Under the pieces are notes generated by a model that saw only the letters and a program-made list of their open reading frames with translations, did not search any database and was not told the DNA's origin. A DNA stretch of 41,776 nucleotides from the NCBI GenBank assembly GCA_043778575.1, contig JAYWFX010000005.1:1-41776 (forward strand), written 5' to 3'. Position numbers and translations under genes: made by a program. This document shows positions 35,955 through 41,776 of this stretch, piece by piece (position 1 is the first letter of the stretch; each line of letters opens with the position of its first letter). This DNA comes from a bacterium (GTDB taxonomy: Bacteria > Patescibacteriota > JACMRA01).

Positions 35955-36517
35955 TCTTTAGCGATCTGAGATACTTTTTCTAAGAATTTAGCTAGTTTTT
36001 CGGGTGATTGCTTTCTTTTATTTCCGAGGACGTCGAAAGACAGACACTTGATACCCACATAACCAAAGGTAACCATAGACCAGATGGATTTGAATGGATT
36101 TGCTAACAAAACATAAATAAATGCTGGGGCGTCGCAGGTGATAAACACTCTAGCCGTTTTACCAGTGAGCATTTTGATAACCTTTCCATCTTTATGGGCA
36201 AAAGCAAAGCCCGAACTAAAATTTATATCTAACCAGTTTTTGAGAATGGCTGGTGTAGTACCCCACCACAGCGGATGCACAAAAATCAACTCGTCTGCTG
36301 CGGTGATTTTAGCTTGATTTTGGTTTCTGAGTTCTATTTGGTCGGGTCGCACATCATCCTTGTCTTCAAACACCAAAAAGTCCTGTCGAGGTGCTTTGTA
36401 CAAATCTAAAACTTCGACTGTATGACCAGCTTCTATGCTAGCTTTGGAGTAGGTTTGAGCGATCTGATGGGTAAACCCTTTGGAGGATGGATGGGCTGTT
36501 ATGATCAGTTTGTGCAT
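35951..36517 (-). CDS. Flavodoxin-like NAD(P)H dehydrogenase (quinone) / FMN reductase family
   Basis: MHKLIITAHPSSKGFTHQIA..., IFVHPLWWGTTPAILKNWLD. Confidence 0.8.
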   Translation of the reverse strand: MHKLIITAHPSSKGFTHQIAQTYSKASIEAGHTVEVLDLYKAPRQDFLVFEDKDDVRPDQIELRNQNQAKITAADELIFVHPLWWGTTPAILKNWLDINFSSGFAFAHKDGKVIKMLTGKTARVFITCDAPAFIYVLLANPFKSIWSMVTFGYVGIKCLSFDVLGNKRKQSPEKLAKFLEKVSQIAKD

Positions 36518-36747
36518 GATAGTGTGTATGTTAAGTTGTTCGTTCGTCCAGCAAACAAAGGCAGAAATGGGTTAATTGTCAATATTGAGGTAATATATTT
36601 GAAACTGTGTTGATAGTGCGGAGTGACAAAAAATCAATATATTATGATGCTGTGGACATACAAATGTAACTCAAATGCAACGACAATTCACCACCTCTAC
36701 ACACCCTAAAGTTCAGCACTATTTGCTCGATGTGATGATTTAAGATT

Positions 36748-37326
36748 ATGATCAAAACTGAAAACTTTCAACAAATTACTGTAACTTCTCAAGCTGAGCT
36801 TCACGCTTGGTTACTCGCAAATCATACTCAAAAAGAAACAATCTGGCTGGTTACCTACAAAAAATGTGTCTCTGAAAAATATATTGAACACGACAAAATA
36901 TTGGATGAGTTAATCATCTTTGGTTGGATTGATGGAATTATGCGAAAAGTTGATGATGAAAAAACCATGCAGTTGATCTCCCCTCGCAAAGTTCAACATT
37001 GGTCAAAGACTTACAAAGATAGATATCTCAGGCTTGAAAGCGAAGGCAGGATGCACGAATCGGGGAGGCTATCAGTGCAGAAATCAAAACAAAACGGTAC
37101 TTGGGATTTTATGGACGATGTAGATGCTTTGATCAAACCAGAGGATTTTGAAAACTGTTTGAAGCTACACGCTGACGCTCTCAATAATTTTAATCATTTT
37201 GGGGATTCTTTTCAAAGGTTTACACTCAGATGGATAAAGCTCGCAAAAACAACTGAAACTCGATCCAAACGAATTCAACTTGCCTCAGAACTCGCCTCCA
37301 AAAATCAAAAGATTCCAGGGCTGTAA
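36748..37326 (+). CDS. YdeI/OmpD-associated (bacteriocin-protection) family protein
   Basis: ELHAWLLANHTQKETIWLVTYKK...ELIIFGWIDGIMRKVDDEKTMQLISPRKVQHWSKTYKDRYLRLESEGRM. Confidence 0.75.
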   Translation: MIKTENFQQITVTSQAELHAWLLANHTQKETIWLVTYKKCVSEKYIEHDKILDELIIFGWIDGIMRKVDDEKTMQLISPRKVQHWSKTYKDRYLRLESEGRMHESGRLSVQKSKQNGTWDFMDDVDALIKPEDFENCLKLHADALNNFNHFGDSFQRFTLRWIKLAKTTETRSKRIQLASELASKNQKIPGL

Positions 37327-37364
37327 ACTGGACTAAAAAAGACTCATACTCAAGAATATATTCT

Positions 37365-37697
37365 ATGAAAAATATAATCACTTTTTCACAATACGATAAA
37401 TACATGCTTAGCCTTCAGGTCATGTTTCCTGTCAAAGATGAAGATAAACTCAATTTGTTTGCCTTTGGCATAGCCGAAGAAGCGGGTGAAGTCCTAGGAA
37501 AATTAAAACGACGGTTGCGTGAAGGTGGTGTAGATACCAGTGATATTTTATTAGAATTAGGTGATTTATTAGGATATATGAGTTGTTTGGCAAATGAGCT
37601 AGGAACAGATTTAGAAACAATTGCTAACCTCAATGTAGAGAAAATGGAAAAAAGAAAAAACCAAAAATCACTGGTCGGCTCTGGCGATAACAGGTAA
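37365..37697 (+). CDS. MazG-like nucleotide pyrophosphohydrolase domain protein
   Basis: FAFGIAEEAGEVLGKLKRRLREG...LELGDLLGYMSCLANELGTDLETIANLNVEKMEKR shows the EExGE / ExxD helices. Confidence 0.8.
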   Translation: MKNIITFSQYDKYMLSLQVMFPVKDEDKLNLFAFGIAEEAGEVLGKLKRRLREGGVDTSDILLELGDLLGYMSCLANELGTDLETIANLNVEKMEKRKNQKSLVGSGDNR

Positions 37698-37710
37698 ATA
37701 GCATAGAAAT

Positions 37711-38223
37711 ATGAGCAACTTTTATGTAAGCAACAGAAAACGAATCGAGATTTGGAGCGATGATGATTTTACCGTATCGACATCTACTCTACCTCATGTC
37801 AGTAAACAGGATGGTGGACACATCACAATTAGACCTATAAACCATATAAACTCTATAGGTGAATTAACTGATAATCAAAAGCTCAAGCTGATTAGGCTCA
37901 TTGATTTGTGTGAAAAGGCTTTGATAAGCACACTCAGAAAAGACAATATTGAAGTTCCATTTTGCAACAATCAAGATAACGGAAATTGGTGCGTCGAGGA
38001 GGGTAAAACAAAATCTTTCCACATGCATATTTATGGCAGAGCTTTGAATTCACCAAAACAAGTGTTCGGGCAAGCTTTGTACTTTCCATCATCCACAAGT
38101 GGATTTTATGATAATCATATACCATTAAGCGAAGGAAATATACAGGAAATTAGAGAATATATTTTAACTCAACCTCTTTTGACAAGCCAGTCTGCTGGGG
38201 GTAAAAAGAGCTTGATAAGCTGA
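37711..38223 (+). CDS. HIT-like fold protein (degenerate histidine triad)
   Basis: GGHITIRPINHINSIGELTD... and SFHMHIYGRA (H-x-H-x-Y instead of HxHxHxx). Confidence 0.4.
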   Translation: MSNFYVSNRKRIEIWSDDDFTVSTSTLPHVSKQDGGHITIRPINHINSIGELTDNQKLKLIRLIDLCEKALISTLRKDNIEVPFCNNQDNGNWCVEEGKTKSFHMHIYGRALNSPKQVFGQALYFPSSTSGFYDNHIPLSEGNIQEIREYILTQPLLTSQSAGGKKSLIS

Positions 38224-38277
38224 GTAAAGCCCTATAATGTTTCCTTGCTACGACAATATCAAGATTAAAATAGTACT

Positions 38278-38727
38278 ATGCCTCTCAACCAGATACACCT
38301 CAGACAAGCCCAAGAAGACGATTTGATGTTTTTGTTTGCCGTGAGTACTCGAGCTATGTCACCAGTCAGTGAGATTATCGACGCAGATAAAATAATTGAT
38401 CAAAAGAGACGATTCGAGGAGTACAAACTAGCATTCGATCCAAACAAAATTCAGGTTATAGTTTTTGATGGTCAGGATATTGGTAGGCTGAGAGTTGTCC
38501 ATAGAGATGGTGAAATATATGTCGGAGGTATTCAGATTCTCCCAGAATATCAAAGCCGAGGAGTAGGGACATATATATTTAACCAGTTGATTGATCAGGT
38601 TACAAAAACTAAAAAAACAATTGTGCTAGAAGTTCACAAGGTAAATATGCGGGCAATTTCGTTTTACAAAAAACTGGGATTTACAGTGGAGTCAGAAAAC
38701 GACAACCAGTTGATAATGAGGAAATAA
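38278..38727 (+). CDS. GNAT family N-acetyltransferase
   Basis: GGIQILPEYQSRGVGTYIFNQLI ... FYKKLGFTV. Confidence 0.85.
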   Translation: MPLNQIHLRQAQEDDLMFLFAVSTRAMSPVSEIIDADKIIDQKRRFEEYKLAFDPNKIQVIVFDGQDIGRLRVVHRDGEIYVGGIQILPEYQSRGVGTYIFNQLIDQVTKTKKTIVLEVHKVNMRAISFYKKLGFTVESENDNQLIMRK

Positions 38728-38788
38728 GTGTACTGGAGTTTTGGCGTGCTTGTTTGACACTTTTATTCGCAGACCCTAATATTGGGAC

Positions 38789-39349
38789 ATGAAAAGTAAA
38801 ATAATAATTAGCTCAATCTTGATCGTACTAGCAGTTTTGGGAGGATTCACTTGGTATCAAATCAAATTAAATAACGCAAAAGATGAAAAAGAGACTACCG
38901 TTAGTAGGATAGTTAAATCAACAACAGCAACTTCAAACACAATTTCAGACACGACTGCAAAGACAACTCTAAACACAACGGCAAAGGTTGAACTTCAAAC
39001 ATTAAAGACAGGTACGTTTGGATCTTTAGATCCTGTTCATTATGCTAAAGGCACAGCTCGAATTACCCAAGATTCTATCACTAAATATCTGGAGCTTGGT
39101 GATGATTTCGCGACCAATCCAGACGGCCCAGATCTATATGTGTGGCTAGTCAAAAAACAGACTTTAGGTGGTGCGATTGGTGGAGTGGATACTGACCCAA
39201 GTGCGTATATCAGCATAGGTGCTCTTGAAGCAAAATCTGGAAAACAAACATATCAACTCGATGGTCTTGATATCACAGACAAGGATTACGCAGTTGTTAT
39301 CTGGTGCAAGGCATTTGGAGTACAATTCAGCAATGCAGTTTTGAAATAA
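38789..39349 (+). CDS. DM13 domain protein with N-terminal anchor or signal
   Basis: A TM helix and a Thr-rich linker precede GTFGSLDPVHYAKGTARI...LELGDDFATNPDGPDLYVWL...AVVIWCKAFGVQF. Confidence 0.65.
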   Translation: MKSKIIISSILIVLAVLGGFTWYQIKLNNAKDEKETTVSRIVKSTTATSNTISDTTAKTTLNTTAKVELQTLKTGTFGSLDPVHYAKGTARITQDSITKYLELGDDFATNPDGPDLYVWLVKKQTLGGAIGGVDTDPSAYISIGALEAKSGKQTYQLDGLDITDKDYAVVIWCKAFGVQFSNAVLK

Positions 39350-39383
39350 GATAGTGGTCGATCAATCCTTCCAGAGAATTATG

Positions 39384-39731
39384 CACAACACCAAGATATT
39401 CAAGATGCCATTTGCTAGAGTTTATCTACTATACATCACCAAGGTTGAGAAGAAAGGGCGAACTAAATCAGAGGTCGATGAAGTGACTATGTGGCTGACA
39501 GGATATACCCTTGAACAGCTCCAAAAGCAAATTGATGATCGCGTTGATTTTGAAACTTTTTTTGCTGAGGCGCCAGAAATAAACCCAAACGTAAGTCTCA
39601 TAACAGGATCGATATGTGGCTACAAAATTCAGGAAATCACTGACCCACTCATGAAAAATATTCGCTATATGGATAAACTGGTCGATGAACTCGCAAAAGG
39701 TAAATCGATGGACAAAATCCTGAGGAGATAA
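39384..39731 (+). CDS. DUF2200 family protein
   Basis: MHNTKIFKMPFARVYLLYITKVEKKGRTKSEVDEVTMWLTGY. An alternative GTG start lies at 39354. Confidence 0.7.
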   Translation, partial: HNTKIFKMPFARVYLLYITKVEKKGRTKSEVDEVTMWLTGYTLEQLQKQIDDRVDFETFFAEAPEINPNVSLITGSICGYKIQEITDPLMKNIRYMDKLVDELAKGKSMDKILRR

Positions 39732-39760
39732 CTAAATCATTGTTGTAAACAAGTCATTTT

Positions 39761-40054
39761 ATGATTAAAGACGTTAAACCTAAATATCTCAAAAAAATAC
39801 CCTACGAAAAAGAATTCGGGGCTGAGGTCGTGCATGTATTACCAGAAGATTTTCGGGAGGCAATTGAGTCTGATGAGTTTGTTCAAAGTGTTTGGAGTAG
39901 TATTAGCCCACTAGCTCGCAACGAATGGATCTGCTGGGTGATTTCTGCAAAGCTTGCTAAAACTCGAGCACACCGTATCGTCGTTGGACTCAGCAAAATG
40001 CACCAAGGAGATAGGAGACCGTGTTGCTGGCCGGGGTGTCCCCATCGACTATAA
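39761..40054 (+). CDS. YdeI/OmdA C-terminal-domain-like small protein
   Basis: SPLARNEWICWVISAKLAKTRAHRI...GDRRPCCWPGCPHR. Confidence 0.6.
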   Translation: MIKDVKPKYLKKIPYEKEFGAEVVHVLPEDFREAIESDEFVQSVWSSISPLARNEWICWVISAKLAKTRAHRIVVGLSKMHQGDRRPCCWPGCPHRL

Positions 40055-40055
40055 G

Positions 40056-40508
40056 TTAATCTTTAGATCGAATCTTTGCTATACGAATCTTTTTATTTGG
40101 CAGAAAGTTGTCGACATACACAGCTAGTATGAGTATCATCCCAACCGTTACTAGTCCAGCTATTGATTCAAACTGATGGTAGTTAGGGTCGAGTTTTAAC
40201 CAAATTCCAAACTCATCAAAAATTAACCCAAGGGCGATGCCAAAGATCAAATATATCTTGCGACCGTGATTGTCTATGTCAAAAAAGAGCTGACTAAAAC
40301 TCAGTGTCACCAATAAAACTACTCCATAACTAAAATGATGAATGTGATATCCGTTGATAATATTGTAGCCAATCAGAGGAATATTTTTGTGGTTTTCTAT
40401 CAAGAATACCGTAAAACGAGATACAAATAAAGTTATTAGATATGCAAAAAGTGCGATTACTCCTCTATCTTTGTCTATAATTGCTTGAGTTTTTTTCAAG
40501 ATAGACAT
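40056..40508 (-). CDS. Hypothetical four-TM membrane protein
   Basis: The 150-aa ORF encodes four hydrophobic helices. I recognise no family. Confidence 0.5.
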   Translation of the reverse strand: MSILKKTQAIIDKDRGVIALFAYLITLFVSRFTVFLIENHKNIPLIGYNIINGYHIHHFSYGVVLLVTLSFSQLFFDIDNHGRKIYLIFGIALGLIFDEFGIWLKLDPNYHQFESIAGLVTVGMILILAVYVDNFLPNKKIRIAKIRSKD

Positions 40509-40671
40509 ACAGGAACTGAAATATATCTCTTCAGGGAGTGTAAGTCAAGCACTTCACTTTATTTGAGCTGTATTTCTTGAGTTTCATTCCCTAGGCTGTG
40601 TTGCTTGACCTGATTAATCTTGTAGCAAACCTCTAAAATAGATTGTAATTTTAAAAAACCATACAAACTAT

Positions 40672-41079
40672 ATGAAAAAAATAACTGGAATCGGTGGAGT
40701 GTTTGTAAAATGTAAAGATGTCGATGTGATGAAACAGTGGTACAAAACATATCTTGGGTTGGATGCAGGCGACTATGGGATGACATTTGAATGGTGTGAT
40801 CTCAGTAAATTAGCAGTATCTGGGTCGACGACATGGAATCTATTTTCAAAAGATACAAAACATTTTGATCCATCAACTCAAAACTTTATGATCAATTACA
40901 CTGTCGAAAACATAGAAGAGTTGTTCGAGGAGCTAAAAACATCTGGTGTCACAATTCTGGATACAATTCAAAGCTACGACTATGGTAAATTTGTACATAT
41001 TTTAGATATAGAAGGGAATAAAATAGAGTTGTGGGAACCGCCAAACAAACAATCACAAACATTTAAAAACAACAACTAA
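40672..41079 (+). CDS. VOC (glyoxalase fold) family protein
   Basis: ITGIGGVFVKCKDVDVMKQWYKTYLGL ... GKFVHILDIEGNKIELWEP. Confidence 0.8.
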   Translation: MKKITGIGGVFVKCKDVDVMKQWYKTYLGLDAGDYGMTFEWCDLSKLAVSGSTTWNLFSKDTKHFDPSTQNFMINYTVENIEELFEELKTSGVTILDTIQSYDYGKFVHILDIEGNKIELWEPPNKQSQTFKNNN

Positions 41080-41086
41080 AACCAGC

Positions 41087-41686
41087 GTGTCCCTCGTTAA
41101 TATTTTTATTACACTCTCAACAGCAATCGGATTCCTCACACCCATAATTGGCATCGTTGCTATATTTCGAGGAGAATACAAACCACAGCGAACAACCCGA
41201 ATCATATACGCTATCATTACTGGTGTAATCTTGGCTTCTCTGTTTTTTGCAAAGGACACCACAGCGATTTATTTGGCGATACCTTCTTTCTTATCTTGTT
41301 TGGCTATTTTTATCTTGTCTGTTCGATATGGTCTCGGTGGATCAAATAAGTCAGATTTCTTGGTTTTATTTTTTGCATTAGCTGCGATTCTCGCTTGGAG
41401 GATAACCTCAAATCCCCTGTGGGCTTTATATTTGTCTATATTAGCAGACTTTATTGGTATAATCCCTACGATTTTAAAGATTAAAATTCAACCATTTACA
41501 GAGTCAATTGGTTTTTATGTATCAGAAATATTAGCAGGGTTTTTGTCGTGTTGTGCCTTGTTTCTCAACTCTGAACTACTCGTTGTTAGTAAAAGTGCTT
41601 TTCCTGTGTATATTTTATCAATCAATATAGTTGTGCTTTGCTATGTTGTTTTGTGCCAAAAGACAGAGGTCAAAGATAAATCCTAA
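41087..41686 (+). CDS. Hypothetical polytopic membrane protein (GTG start)
   Basis: The 199-aa ORF encodes about six hydrophobic helices. I recognise no family. Confidence 0.5.
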   Translation: MSLVNIFITLSTAIGFLTPIIGIVAIFRGEYKPQRTTRIIYAIITGVILASLFFAKDTTAIYLAIPSFLSCLAIFILSVRYGLGGSNKSDFLVLFFALAAILAWRITSNPLWALYLSILADFIGIIPTILKIKIQPFTESIGFYVSEILAGFLSCCALFLNSELLVVSKSAFPVYILSINIVVLCYVVLCQKTEVKDKS

Positions 41687-41776
41687 CCTCCCGCAAAAAA
41701 AAGACAACAAAAAAAGGTGCCAGTCTGACACCCCTTTATAAAAATAAATTAAATGAGCCGACTTAACACCGTTTGG

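Noticed and set aside
36518-36747. Small ORFs in the 230-nt divergent region (e.g. MQRQFTTSTHPKVQHYLLDVMI, ending just before the ydeI start)
   Set aside because: They are about 21-22 codons with no supporting signal. They could be chance ORFs in a promoter region, and a frameshifted YdeI N-terminus could not be supported by eye.
1-41776. Alternative genetic code (e.g. UGA recoding as in some candidate phyla)
   Set aside because: All conserved genes are full-length and uninterrupted under the standard code, and TGA terminates at least one ORF cleanly (7557-7937). No recoding is needed.
1-41776. CRISPR arrays, rRNA genes, IS elements, integrases
   Set aside because: I saw no regularly spaced repeat-spacer array, no rRNA-like sequence and no transposase or recombinase-like ORF. 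The only phased repeats are the three short copies at 33329-33377.

Overview
This is a compact, low-GC bacterial chromosome segment that is about 90% coding. It uses the standard genetic code: no gene needs in-frame TGA, TAA or TAG read-through. All functional calls come from by-eye motif recognition on the supplied translations plus my own translation of one region. No database search was possible. Housekeeping content: secY, a truncated lepA, rmuC, rplJ-rplL-rpsB-rpmG-rpmI-rplT, map, tkt, grpE, rpsG, trpS, gpmI and fusA, plus four tRNAs (Gly-UCC, Tyr-GUA, His-GUG, Ala-UGC), all with encoded CCA. The canonical operons are heavily scrambled and Shine-Dalgarno motifs are almost absent. Together with the small-gene, host-interaction flavour, this suggests a reduced-genome, possibly episymbiotic lineage (CPR/Patescibacteria-like); that placement is inference only. 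The main candidate system lies at 25.7-33.2 kb. A 1427-aa, single-pass membrane protein has a ~350-aa cytoplasmic coiled-coil N-terminus and an extracellular chain of at least four, probably five, different peptidoglycan-cleaving modules: lysozyme/transglycosylase-like, LAS/M15 metallopeptidase, Amidase_2, an unassigned E...NPG module, and a CHAP/NlpC-like Cys-His module. It is co-oriented and tightly spaced with two small membrane-anchored proteins and divergently paired with a 565-aa Q/N-rich coiled-coil protein. Other notable items follow. (1) A >=671-codon ORF at the left edge is absent from the ORF track and looks like a Type IIG restriction-methyltransferase fusion. (2) A guanylate-kinase-like gene sits between 3'-truncated lepA and glycosyltransferase genes. 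(3) SecY carries a ~110-aa extracytoplasmic insertion. (4) A 7-kb run of small detoxification and house-cleaning genes begins after an intergenic region with hairpins and direct repeats. No CRISPR array, transposase, integrase or rRNA was seen.
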